A stretch of DNA of 64,000 nucleotides from Magallana gigas (taxonomy: Eukaryota): the NCBI RefSeq assembly GCF_963853765.1, contig NC_088856.1, positions 35,402,001-35,466,000 on the forward strand, in the 5' to 3' direction. The notes beneath the pieces are model-generated. The model was given only the letters and a program-made list of their open reading frames with translations, was not told the DNA's origin and ran no database searches. The position numbers were made by a program, and so were the translations under genes. Positions 39,146 to 52,575 of this stretch are shown here, piece after piece. Position 1 is the stretch's first letter, and each line of letters starts with the position of its first letter.

Positions 39146-41604
39146 GGGACTTCAATCGTTCTGATGTGATTTATGCTGATCCCTCGGGACAGAAGATTCG
39201 GGTCTGACAAACCATGCATAATGCATTAATATTGTTGTAAACATGATTTGAATCTTATTCCTTCCATATTAAGCAAAAAGAAAAGACATGATTTGCCGTT
39301 TAGACTGTATTGACATGGCGTTAATAATACTGAACATTTTTAGTATTTTTTTACTGCTACTTTTATAGCAAATGTTGCACATTTCATACAGTGATATATT
39401 GTTAAAGATACAGTTACCTTAACAATTCACATAGGGAAACCTTCTTAAATATTTTTGCTTATGTAACTTAAAAGCATTGCAATGAAAACTCCGTAATATT
39501 CCATTTTGAAAACACCTCAGAGCCATGAGAGCATATCCGGAATTTAACATACTGTACATACACGGAACATATAAAATATCCCTGCATCTTCCGGTGTGAA
39601 TTTGTAATGGTGGTCATTAGGACTGCCGGGCCATAATAGTCTATCCTGGGTGACATTATTAGCCTTGCTAAGCGCAGTTTTCCTGTAACATTACCAACAA
39701 ATACCATATACGGTAAAAATGACTTTTTACTTGAGCGATATGATGATAACTTTACTTTTTTGTTTCACTTCCGGACCATTAGATAATCCATAAACACTGA
39801 AGCTTTTTGCATGTCAGTTACAAGTAATTATGAAGGTTTAAAATTAAAACAAAGCAAGCCATACTTTGTTATGAGATAATCTGCATTCAAAACCAAAAAA
39901 AAAACCCCATTATAAATGCCCTCTTTACTCTCTTGATAAATGAATAAATACCTATATACATGTTTTTCTATCCCAGAAAATTAGCATACTAGGCATTTGC
40001 ATAAACACATATAATGGATCATTCACCAAAACAACTCATCGCTAGAAAATTTAAAAAAAATTAATTAATAATTCAAATGCATATGACCTTGATGGTCCTT
40101 TATATCTTTATCTAGCTGATCATTAAAAAGTCAAGATTTACTTATAAATATATTTGGCTTTATTTAGAAATTCACCACTAGTAATTACTCTTCTTTCTTT
40201 TCTTTTTTTTTTAACTAGTATAAATAAACTGTCTAGCAAAAGTCAACAACAAAAAAAATCATGATAAAAATAAAAATATATTTTGATGATAAATTTTTTG
40301 GCCCTGACATAAAGAGATGGATTTATTGCTTCTTAATATAATGTGAGCTGACTTTGGGATTATTGTGAATAGTATGGCAAGCTGCTGCTCTCTTGCAAGC
40401 TAATTAATGACCATAAGAATTACAAAGTACATGTAAATCGTAAGGCTTTAAAACTTGACTAATATCTAGCACATTAGCTAGGTAAATTGAGAGACGGTAT
40501 CCTAGTATAATTCATGTAGAAAAGATCATGATTTTTTTAAATATAGAGAAAGTCCGTTATTGTTATTGCTAATTGATTACATGACAATAAATAAGCGTTC
40601 ACATTTTCTTCCACGTGGATATTAGTTATGTGGGGTTTTTTTTTCCAGAAGGATGATAGCAAAGTTACGACTCCTGTTACGGTTATAAGCAGCCTCGAAA
40701 GGAATATCCTAATTAATCATACATGCTACAAACCTGCCGAAGATTAATGTAATGTTATCAAACGGTTTGTTCTTGTGTAACAGGTATTTGTATGTTTTGC
40801 GCATTCGCTGCATTTGAGAACAGATAAAATATAAACATACTAGACAGTAACATATCGTGTTGTTTACAACGGGTTTTTTGACAAATGTGTGATTATTTTT
40901 GTCATCACCAAGATACCCGTACAAGGAATTTAATACATGTATATTTGAATGTACCACAAAAAATAAATTTCCTCTTTCGGCAGATTTTCGAATTCAAACA
41001 ATAATAAAGCAGATTTAATCAATTTAATTGTGTCATGAAAAAGCATTACCGCAATTGGCCAGATTTCCTTCACAAAACAGTTAAGGGACCAATAGAATTG
41101 AGCACTGATTATTCATATAAGCGAGTAAAATTCAACGATTTGTCTCTCTGTAATTTTAAAACGTTTGCAAGTTTTCGGGGGGGGGGGGGGCTTATTACAG
41201 GAAAAATAAATGTATTTCTTCTTCTGTATACAACTGTTAGACGTCTCTTTGCTATGAAAAAAAAAGAAAACAAAACACATGTATTGTCTTTAAGTTAGTA
41301 GGAAATATTAAGGAAGCGCTAGAGTTTATATGGTTATAATCCAAAACTAGTAAATTCAACATTGCCAACATTACACAGGTTGGTAAAGATATTGACTTGT
41401 GATTGTTCGCGAAGTTTCAAACAAAGGTCTTTTTTATTTTGTTTTTCAAATCTGGGATGTAAATGTTTAAAGAATGTCATGTGAAAATTGTTAAACTGAT
41501 TTTTTGATGTCCCGTCAAGATTCTAACATATTCAGATGTCGCAAGGTGCCGTTGTAAAACTTTACTTATAGAGCCGTTGTGCAGTTTTTCAGGTTAATAT
41601 ATGT

Positions 41605-41782
41605 CTAGGGTTCATTATCGTGTCAGCGCCTACTGCGTCAGAGTATCTTGGTTTCCAAGAACTGGCAACTCCCAGTGCATGCTTGGTCAGAGTAAAGGTG
41701 CTATTTGCGTTTGTCGCGGCCGAGGATTGAATCTTTTGCCCCACAAATACTGAGCGAACACACCTACCACACGACCACTGCA
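41605..41782 (-). mobile_element. Degenerate tRNA-derived SINE (3'-truncated)
   Basis: Minus strand shows A-box-like TGGTCGTGTGG (41777-41767) and B-box-like GATTCAATCC (41733-41724) at tRNA-like spacing (33 nt). These are followed by CGGCCGCGACA and ...CAGTAGGCGCTGACACGATAATGAACCCT, which resembles the body of a common oyster SINE as I recall it (not database-checked). Confidence 0.55.
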
Positions 41783-44700
41783 TTACTAAAGAATCGTTAA
41801 TATTCAGAGGAGTTCAATTTTCGTGGATTTTGTGGGTATCCCTCACCCACTCTTAACAAACCTTAGCGAATTATGAATAGAACATTTCTTTCTTTGTATA
41901 TTGGCATTACTACGAAACACCCTATTTAGTCTTCAAATGATTTACAATTCACGAAAATGAAATGATTCTACAGTTTGAATTAAAAGAAATTAAGTAACTT
42001 GGTTTCACTAAACATGGCAATCCTTGCACTGGCCGTGTTATGGGAATGTATAGTCAAAGGATATTTGTTTATACTTTGATTATAAGCACACTATGTTTCA
42101 GACAATTAAAAAAACTTTTGCTTCCTAAGGGTGTTAAATGTGCTAATGAACTTGACCTAAAAATGGTCAAATATTGTGTAATTAAAGGACTAGACCTATA
42201 AATTTTACGAGGTAAATAATTTCTCGATAACTCGGCTTTAGATGTAAATTCGTGAAATAAAAAAAAGCGCCATTGCGTTGTAGCAAAATATCAAACAAGT
42301 TTACCATTCCTTTCTATCTTTTCGCCTGACGAAACCTTTTTGCCTTCTCCGAAACAGTGCAGGCTGTAAGAGCTTGTAATATCAACATTTTTTCATTAAA
42401 AAGATTAACTCGATACACGCTAAGTGTGTCAACATTTAAATTCGCAATTGATGAAAATATTATATGGAATATAATAAGCAACATTGAGCAAGATTTTTCA
42501 AATAAAAAGGCGGTTCATCATGCAAGTGTGTAATTTTGATTTAAAAATAGACAGGCATGTTTGAACGAAGGAAGGGGTTCGGGTGTCATCGCCACAAGTT
42601 GTTACCTATTGTCTATTATGATGAAATGTAGATAATGTTTTATGTTCAGTTTATCATCATCAGTTTAGATTTAAATAAATATATATTCATATAGCTGGAT
42701 ATTTGATGAAGGAACTAATTGGCCAAAACGGGACATGCCCTAAGTTTTCGATCAATTAAATTATATTCATCTCAGACTTTTAAAGGGTATGATTTACGTT
42801 GTCTTACTAAATCTACTTTAAACTATTACTATTAGTGTGTATGGTAATTCGTTCGGTATAGATTCCTTCAAATAATTAATTTGATCCCCCCCTCATGGAT
42901 CCATTGGTGAGTTCATTCAAAGCACCTAAAATCTCATCCTTTGGGTGAAAGGCCACCATCTTGACGCACCGTTTAGTGGACGATGGGATATCATGCGAAT
43001 ACATGTACTTCGGAACACATCGTGTGTACACATGCTACTTTATTTATTTACTTATTTATTTTTTGTGGAAAGTTATTACTTGTTCTTAATTCATAGTCAA
43101 AATGGTTTTCAAAAAAAAAAATAGAGGAAATTTGCAAGGTTTTTTGTCAATCAGAAAAAAAAACTTTCGTTGTGCAATGAGGGTTAGCATGAACTTTGCA
43201 AAAGTTTCTTAAATTGCTGTTTCATTTGTATTTAAGAACATCAATCATTCAAAGGATGTGTATGATGGATGGGGCCTCCATTATCAAGCAAAAAAAAAAT
43301 AATAAGAAAGAAAAATTAAATAGGTAAATAATGCATGCTCCACCTTTTTCTTTATTTCCACTTTCTTGGCCCAGTTCGCGTGAATCAGGAATCTGTTAGG
43401 TAAATGTATAAGGTACTCATTCAAAAAATTTACTTAACGTTTAATGCCAGTTGTGAGGCAAATTTTGCTAATTTAAATAAATTACCAGGCGGTGTTACTA
43501 TGATTGTAGTCCATTTCGGTAATACATATGAATGACTCTGCCATCGTGTTTGATTAAGAAAAATTATTCTGATTCATGGGAGAGTTTAACAAATATGAGG
43601 TTTTGTATCACACAGAAAGAGGGGAAATGCTCAATGAATAAATGATTGATTTTTCAATCATCTTCATTTGATGAGTCTGTAAAATATAATGATCATTGTG
43701 GTATAATACGTTTAAATGATTTCCACAAATGAGGATTTTAACACTTGTAATCCGAATTTGTAAAAGTACACATTTTACTGATTTTTTGCGGATGGTATTT
43801 TGGTTCATTTGAATATATGAACTGTAATTATTAAATCATGACATTAAAAAATTAATACCCAAGAAGCGTTACTTTAAATGATTAATATAATGCAAAGAAA
43901 CCCGAATATGGTGATTGAAAAATGGGTAGTACCCTTCTTTCATTATCTGTAAACACGGTTGCTATAATGCAACCAATATAAACTTATCGAATCATGTCAT
44001 TAATTGTTGTTGTCATATTTACAATTTGATGGTAATAATTACATGGTTACAATAACAAAAGCTGCATGTTAAAATTGTATTAAGTTACAAACAACTCGCA
44101 CCATTTTAATATACTATTGGGACCAATAAATCCAGATGGTGACCTTTATTGGGGTATTTCGTTGGAAATTGAAATGTAACGGTCTTCGATTCCAACCCTG
44201 TTGCGTTTTTCAACTATCTGCATCCCCATGAAATACTCAGGAAAGAGATCTTGTGAGCTAAAATACCCCACTCCAATACAGATTTTCAAATCAGAAATAG
44301 CTATACTAAAGGAAAAAGTAACATTTTTGAATTCTTAAAAAAATCAAAAACCTTACATGTTTATTTAAACAAATTGATGAAAGTCTTCAGCGACTACATT
44401 AGGCAACAATGAATTATCGAAGGACAACTAAAGATCTTTTCATTTTTTACGTTAAAGTCAAGAAAAACCAATAAAGAGAATAATGCATATTCCAAAGGTG
44501 GCTGCCGTTGTATTAGAATGATTTTTAAAAAAATACTTCTGATAAATTGTACCATTTACATTCTTTTGTGACATGCTACAACAAATAATATGTCAGCCAA
44601 GAAAATGAAAAGGAGGGGGGAAGAAGTGTGTGTTTCTGAGAAGGGTGTTTGATAGGAAGGTGGGGAAGGGGGATGGGTCGATGGTTGATCACACAAGGTG

Positions 44701-45593
44701 CCCCATAGAAACAAATGTTATTACCCGTCAAATGCTTGAAATGCTTCTAATGTTTGTGTTCAAGAGCCACTTCACATTTAAAAGGACCAGTATCAATCTT
44801 TAAGTGGCCACGACTTTCAAATATAAACTGGTACCCGTACCCTCAACAGTATACTCAGCGAGCAAGTCATCTTTTCATAGCGGGGTAAAAATTTAAAATT
44901 TATGACAAACCCCCCGTTCTGTAGCCTTTCGTCATCACATGGTATGTTATCTTGTCTTGAAAAGTTAAATCCCCACATGTGTTTACAAACAAAAACAGTG
45001 GGCCTATGGGGTATGAACCCCACGATTTTAAACACACCTGGACATCGTCATTGCATCACCATCCCTCAGATACACATTATGTATAAGCCTCACCTTTTTC
45101 ACCCTACTTTATATTTAGGTTTCTCTGGTTATCTCTTGTAATCCACGAAAAAATTGAATCATACAAAACCCCCAATATTACCAGCATACATGCTGTATTT
45201 TAATTTTTTCCGGGTCAAACAAACCTCTTCGACACTCCTATAAAGATACATATAGCGATATGGGGGGGGGGGGGGGTAGGGAAGAGGAGTGCATGAAGAA
45301 TCTTGGGGGTGCTTTGATAAACCATCTTACGTATATTGCAGACGCATTCTACGGCGAAAAAGTTAAATGCCTCTCAAAGAAATGCATTGATACGCTGAAA
45401 AGTAGCATTAACGGAGCTTATAAAGACAAATTCCAATTCTAGAAAAATTAAGATTAATTTGAAAATTTATCCTCCAACCGACAAAAATAGCACCTTTTTA
45501 GAATTAAAATGACGCAGGTATATGACCCCCCTCCTTGAGAATCTCCCACGGACAAGCGTAACTAAAACTTTTCATTTTTATATAGGTTTATAA

Positions 45594-45596
<3 letters not shown>

Positions 45597-45662
<66 letters not shown>

Positions 45663-45664
45663 TC
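45597..45664. repeat. (TC)n microsatellite, one interruption
   Basis: Direct inspection. Confidence 0.97.
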
Positions 45665-45762
45665 GACAAATATCTGCACACAACAAAAATACTATATTTG
45701 AAACGTTAATTTTTTTCCTCCGTTTAAGAACTTATATTTTTTCATCATACTAGTTGCTCTAA

Positions 45763-46473
45763 TCTAGCTAGTATTATAGCAAATACATTTTCACGTAATT
45801 CACTGTATTACAATACTTCATAATTTATTCGGCAAAGTTACCGGTAATATCTCAAACTGTGATCAAAACTTCCGGATATTGTCATGCATTAAGATTCGAA
45901 TTTCAGACTGATAAANNNNNNNNNNNNNNNNNNNNNNNNNNNNNNNNNNNNNNNNNNNNNNNNNNNNNNNNNNNNNNNNNNNNNNNNNNNNNNNNNNNNN
46001 NNNNNNNNNNNNNNNNNNNNNNNNNNNNNNNNNNNNNNNNNNNNNNNNNNNNNNNNNNNNNNNNNNNNNNNNNNNNNNNNNNNNNNNNNNNNNNNNNNNN
46101 NNNNNNNNNNNNNNNNNNNNNNNNAATGTTATTATTTCAGAACGAAAATCTCTAAATGGTTAGAAGCGTGTCATTTAAAAAGTAAAATCTAATAAGATTA
46201 ATTATTTTTTAAGTTTAAAAAAAACAGCTATTTTAAAACGAGGCTTGGTTTGATACCAGCAATAAAACTGTTTTATTACGTAATATCTCGTAACAATTTG
46301 CAATTTTTTTTCAACATTGGGATATCCCCCAGACATTACACAGTGACCAATTCAATCTTTAAATATCTCTGCTTGTTGATTCCATCAAATTTAGATTCTT
46401 TTCATTATTACCATTTAAAAGTTTGAATTTAATGATAGCCGAGATACGCCGTATAAGTGTAGTCGGAAACTAG
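45763..46473 (+). mobile_element. Putative non-autonomous Helitron spanning an assembly gap
   Basis: A|TC at 45762/45763. Imperfect hairpin CCGAGATAC...GTAGTCGG (46439-46466) is followed by AAA-CTAG|T (46470-46474). This matches the Helitron A|TC...CTRR|T rule; the 5' end choice is weak. Confidence 0.4.
45916..46125. other. Assembly gap (210 N)
   Basis: N run. Confidence 1.
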
Positions 46474-47077
46474 TCGACGTTTTAAACATCTCTTATCGAT
46501 TGTGCATACAATGTAAATATCAGCCATAGTTAAAGACATCGTAAGATTTCCCGACCTTCATTTCAAGACGTTCAAGATAAATGTAGGTCATTGTTTTGAT
46601 TTCGATATTACATCAGTGCATTGGTTAGTAATATGTGGAAATGAATATCCTATTAAAAAGCCGTTCGATCAAATTCATCATCTTAAAATGTGTGTTTAAG
46701 TGATTAAAACCCTTCGTACTATCGCATCTATGTCTTAAAATTCACTTGTAAATGTATACAATATATGACTCATACATTTGCGGAAAAAATCAAAAGACCA
46801 TTCATAAAATTCAGACGTCAACATATGTCAATCAAATTTAGTGGGCGTGGTATTTCTATATATGGCTTTGAAAGGGTAAGTATCTGGTTTATCAGATTAT
46901 GCAAACTATTTGTGTATGCCTGCATTGTTTTAACGACGGAAGTTGGCCATTGTATTGAAATGTTTACAAATCACCAAGCACCAGACGCTTTAACTTTTCC
47001 TGTTATTTGGTGGTAACAAGATTTTACTCTGATTAATACTGGTCACTAAGGCGTTTATTAACGTCACCCCCATGTTG

Positions 47078-47081
<4 letters not shown>

Positions 47082-47146
<65 letters not shown>
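47082..47146. repeat. (GA)n microsatellite
   Basis: Direct inspection. Confidence 0.97.
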
Positions 47147-47147
<1 letters not shown>

Positions 47148-48854
47148 CAGGCGGCATATCAGTCTAAAGTTCTTTGAATGAAGGGGACGAGACAATTCGA
47201 AATTCCTCACAGATACAGTAATTTAAAAATCGCCACGCCTGGCTACAATATGTACACAGGTATCCTTTTCTCTTGAAGTTTACATAAAATCCCTCATTAC
47301 ACACCCATGAGTATTACATAATGCTTTATCAAAGTGACAGTTCAATATCGCATATATAATAAATAGGATGCCGAACAAAATGCAATCATGTTTATTTGAA
47401 AGAGAACACAATGTACGTACGTTTAAAAAAAAAAAACTATTGACAGAAATGAAACCCACAAAAACTAGAAAAAAAACACGATCGATCAACAAGGCAAGTG
47501 ATACATTGATAGTGGATCGATATTGATCAATATATTATTTGAAGACATTTTTCAACTTAAAATTCATGTCTTCCATGGAGCGAAATTTTTTTTTAGAATG
47601 TGCCGGTAATGGGTTGATTTTCCAAAGATATCCATAAATTGACCAGCTTTGGTCCGGTAAGATTCGAGAGGATATTCGTGTCAAAGAGGCGTCCCATCTT
47701 AGGGATGTTAGCCTCCCACGATTTTTAATTAAGACAAAAATATGGTTTATTGATATGCGCACGCCATAAGATAAAAATGAGTATAAAAATTCTGTTATTT
47801 ATAGTCTCAGGTGAAACACGGTTAATTTGATGACAATATTGGAACCTTTTTTTCTTTTTCTTTTTTTACAGAAGATTCATTGCAAAACGAAAAAAAAATT
47901 TTCATTAAAAAATATATAGTTTAAACTATCTATTCGGCAGTACCCGCTGTTCCCAAAGCCATTAATATTAATTGTCATTCTGTAATAAACCTTTTAAAAA
48001 AAAATGTTCAAAAATTTATTATCCATACAACAATGTAATATTTTAATACGCAGCGCTTTGACGGGAACACGCCGGGGAACGCTTTCAGGATGCCTTCTGT
48101 CCATCCCCAGCACAAGAATTTCGCATCGAACACGCATTTGATCGATGTTTCGGTGTCTGTGGTCAAGACAGTGGAGGGGGTGGAAGGAATGAGATCTATA
48201 CATCAACTTCATTGTAAAAAATACTTAACTCCTGGGGATGGTGTGTACTTTCTGTATCAACAAATAAAAGTCTGATTGGAATCCGTCTATTGAACTGAAC
48301 TTTCAAGAGCAGATAGTTGTTTTCAAAGAGTGTGATAACTGTTCAGGACTTTCCCTTGTACTTAGCAGCTTATAGGTATCTTCATTATCAGTTGATGTAG
48401 TAAATATGTTTCTGGGGTTGTTTTTTTTTTTGTAATAAAAACAATAACATGTATTTATCACAATTGGTATGCTTACATCATAGAGAAAATTCTAGATGGA
48501 GCGACCTTTCTAGGAATATACAATTATAGGCTGAGCGCCTTTCCGTGATCGTCAAATGGCAGTTTCTATAGAAAAAAAGGGAAGGCGAGATTTCACATCG
48601 GGATTTGTGTTATATCACACCTTGCACATACATGTACAACACAGACATGTGTTTTTCTGCAAAACATTTATAAGTTTACCTGATAATTTGTACAAGAATA
48701 TGAAATCAAAATCGAACTTAATATGTTTAGTCATAGTGTCAGATAAACAAATAAATAAAAAGCTTAATAATTTCGAAAAAAAATGGAAGGATACAATAGA
48801 CTTGTACAATATAGAATCCGAAGAAAAAATAAACAAGATAAGTAATTTTGTGAT

Positions 48855-48858
<4 letters not shown>

Positions 48859-48919
<61 letters not shown>
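48859..48919. repeat. (TC)n microsatellite
   Basis: Direct inspection. Confidence 0.97.
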
Positions 48920-48920
<1 letters not shown>

Positions 48921-49563
48921 ACCAGGTTGTGATTCGAAATGAATTTCACACTCCAAGACAACAGAATGTAATTTCGATAGTAGAAATTGACATGTGTTGA
49001 ACTACAGAAACTCACACGAAGAAAAACAGCAAGTCATCAAAGTGAATAGGAATATTTGTTTAGGGGAAAATGGATTTGGAAATGAAATACCTAAATGATG
49101 TTCGGCTAATCATCAAAGAATTGAAATAGATTGGTATCACTTTATTACTTGACATATCATTTTAAACATTTCTTTAAATAAAAGATAATAAAAATTATTT
49201 TTGTATTTTACAAGATGTAAAAATCTTGTCGATTTGCAAGAACATTTTTTCTTCGACCTTTGAACCAATTAGAAAAGCGCAGCATATACAGATTATATGA
49301 AAGCAATACTTCAGGTCAAAATTTAAAAGAAAAAAAGCTTTCAGTGAAGGAAAAAAATATATTTAAAACATAGGCTTTCTGGAATATAAGCGTGTTTGTT
49401 AACACAAGTATAAAATATCTTACGAGATAGTTTTTGTCCTTGTTCTGTTGCAATGTGTTGTCACCTATAAAGTTAATTGAAATTGAATGCAGTTGATAAC
49501 TCAAGAGGTGGACAACCTACGTACATCGGGCGGAGCGACTCCAGAACGTGAGAAATAGACAAC

Positions 49564-49577
49564 CCAGCAGAGGGCGT
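49564..49577 (+). promoter_or_regulatory. CTCF-like core motif
   Basis: CCAGCAGAGGGCGT matches CCASYAGRKGGCRS at 13 of 14 positions, inside a CpG-rich island. Confidence 0.35.
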
Positions 49578-50803
49578 GAGACCACTTTGCGATACCCCAA
49601 CCATTATGTGCGATAATCTGTCACTCGTAGTTTCGTCATAAGAATGTCTACAACACGTGTACATGTGTCGAATTTTTCATTCGGGTGGAGATTTTACTAC
49701 ATGCAGTTTATATATACAAGTATATAATGATGCAATGATGATGTATCACAATCTTTCTGTTTTTGTTTTCCTTTTACAAAATACGGAAGCAACGAAGCTG
49801 TAAAAGCAAATACAAGTTAAACATCGGACGTCATTTAGCATACTAAATCTTTATTTTCAACAAGCAGTAAAATACTATATAAATAAAAAAAATTTCTGGC
49901 GACGAGATGTAATGAAAGAAGAATCCTTTAAGGAGGATGCCTCGTTATGGAATTCGGTTGCTTGGCGATTGTGTTAGCAATATAAATATGATACACTGTT
50001 CGTATCAAAACCACACCCCGGCTGCCTCGATTAGAGCCATTGTCTTTCCGAAGAAGTGTCGCGTTAAAACCCTCAGTAACACAGCTGTGATAATCTTAAA
50101 ACCCAAATAAATATTTGATAGTCTTGATATGTCCTTTTGAGCTCTTATTATTATCTTCGCGAATAACAGAGAATGCGTTTCGCAAAGCACGTACAGGTAT
50201 ACCCTCAGATAGACATATACATGATGAGATTTAAAGCGACGTTTTCAAACAGATCTTTCGATATTTATTTAACAATCTTTGATTGACCATTTGACCTACT
50301 AGTATAGTTTCTGATTACTGTGACCTACATTGTAGGTATGTATTAACTACTGAATAAAAAACACGCATTTTTAAGTACTAGGGGACTATCGGTTGTTCAT
50401 GCGTTAACTTTTAAAATTCCTCAGAGAAATATAGATTAGAGTAATGACAATTAATATCCAGGTATTCAACTAAAATATCGCAAAGAATTGTTATAACTAA
50501 GTTTAATTAGATAGTTAATAATTTTAAACCAAAGATTTCTAAACTGAAACTTAAGTATTATAATAACAATTGCGTTACAGTCAAGTTAAGAAATCGTTGA
50601 TTTTAAGTTATATTAATCATCTCAGCATTTATTTATAATTATGAGAGGTCTGTTCGAAGTAAAAATCATGTCTGAACAGCTCAAACTAAAAGCAAAATTT
50701 CTTTAGTAGCAAGAAACCAAATCATTGCCTATTGCTGTGTAAGAATAAAAGTAAAGAAAATAGAAAAAATATTCCCCCTTAAAACAATTATTGGACGTCA
50801 TTG

Positions 50804-50998
50804 TTCAAGGAAAGTGCAAAAAACGATGGCGTTTCCAACAACGTGACGAATCAGACACGTTTAAGGAAAGCGCGAAAATCGAAAAACGATGGCGTTTCCA
50901 ACATCGTGACGAAACAGACACGTTTCAGGAAAGTGCGAAAAACGATGACGTTTCCAACAAATATTTGTTGCAATATCATGACGAAACAGACAGTGTTT
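50804..50998. repeat. Three-copy ~56-bp tandem repeat (minisatellite)
   Basis: Unit ~AGGAAAGTGCGAAAAACGATGGCGTTTCCAACATCGTGACGAAACAGACACGTTT starting at about 50804, 50861 and 50924. Unit 2 has a 7-bp duplication; unit 3 has a palindromic insertion. Confidence 0.9.
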
Positions 50999-52555
50999 AG
51001 GCATATGTCATCGTTGCCTATCACAGTTGTCGCATACCACTCTAGATCTGCCAATCATAATCCTTTTGTTTCCCCTGGATTCTACCTTACATCTGCAAGA
51101 TGATTTATCATCTAGACGGTCTAAGACCTGAGATGTTTGCTAGATATAATCTGTTGATAATCCAAAAACAAAAAATAAAAACAAAAACAAAAAACAAAAA
51201 AAAGTCCACCGTTCATATACCGTGCAGGTATTCACCTTACCACACAGCGTCTTCACGTTTGTTACCCAGACTTGTATAATCATATAAATCTTGGTAATAA
51301 AGAAATGATAACAAGTCAAATTTCTGACTACAATAAACTGTACAGTCATTTCCTCCAATCCCCCATCATGACGTTTCTGTGTGCAGGTGTTTTAGGGGAG
51401 TCAACATTCAATTTAATTTAAAAATTCATTCATCGGAGAAACTTTTTTTTATGTTGCATATTTTGCTTACAGATGCAGAATACCAGATTTTTTTTTCTCA
51501 AGTTAAAACAATTGGACTCCCCGAGTCTTAACCCGAATTCCTCCTGAAATAACCGATTAGTCTGTGGTCACCGTTAATTTTCTACACCTGAGCTTTACCT
51601 GTATGTTTCAACCCTTACACAACTCTTTATTTCGGGTGAACTTTAGCGAAAGTTTAGTAATACCCACATATTTGACATTGCTCTCATTCCAGCAATACCC
51701 ATGAATATGCATGGCACTGAATTGCTCATAGAGTCGACACTCTAATCTTTCTTAACTTTTAATCGCTAATACATATTTGTATTAATTTCGTTTAGTAATG
51801 CCTTGTTAGGCTATACCGAAGAGTGCGACACTGCCAAGCAATGTATGAACAAACATTGAAAGTATCTATCCAGATCATGGCCGGGCATTTTAATAAAGAA
51901 ATCACTTCAGTCGATTTGCCCAATAAATTCCGCGGTCACAGGCTGTTAAATGTTTTTAAATTAACCGTTTACATTTTCGGGTATGAAACTTTAAACGTAA
52001 TTTCCTACACATTCCTTTTAAGACCAAAATCAAATATTTATAAGATTAATGACACAATGTAATAGTCATTCTGTGCTAATATCTTCACCAATACATACAG
52101 AATATCCCTTTTGATTGAAACATTTTATGAACGAGTGAATTTAATTGATGTTAATCGTTTTGTCGATGTACGATCTGTTATCTTGCTACATCACTGTTGA
52201 TACAAGAAATTGCTTCGTGTTTGGAACAATATCGTGTCAATTTGAAATAACAACCTCGGATTTTCTTTTAAAATATTGTCTTTGTTATACCAATAGAAAG
52301 ATTTTTAAATACAACATTATTTTACAGAAAAAAGAAACTTTTCACGTCTCGCCATTCCTACCGCTTTTTCATTCGAACAATGCTGTCTCGAGAAAACTTG
52401 AAAAGTTTTGGTAAGTTAACAACACATTTAGTTCATAAAGTTCGGTCCCCGCTGTCGGTAAAGGTGTGAAAGAAATGATTTCTACAAAAAGCAAAGATGG
52501 TGTTACAAATGGCAAATCATTTGTAATGTTTTAATTAATTAAGAGAGATTTGCAC

Positions 52556-52575
52556 AGAGAGAGAGAGAGAGAGAG
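52556..52575. repeat. (AG)10 microsatellite
   Basis: Direct inspection. Confidence 0.9.

Noticed and set aside
42181-42440. TTAA-flanked Kolobok-like MITE
   Set aside because: The putative terminal inverted repeats match poorly beyond TTAAA.
48050-48275. Acceptor-like CAG followed by an open frame (RFDGNTPGNAFRMPSVHPQ...)
   Set aside because: No recognisable homology and no partner exons; cannot be supported without RNA data.
50804-50998. CRISPR-like repeat array
   Set aside because: Units are contiguous with no unique spacers, there are no cas genes, and the context is eukaryotic.
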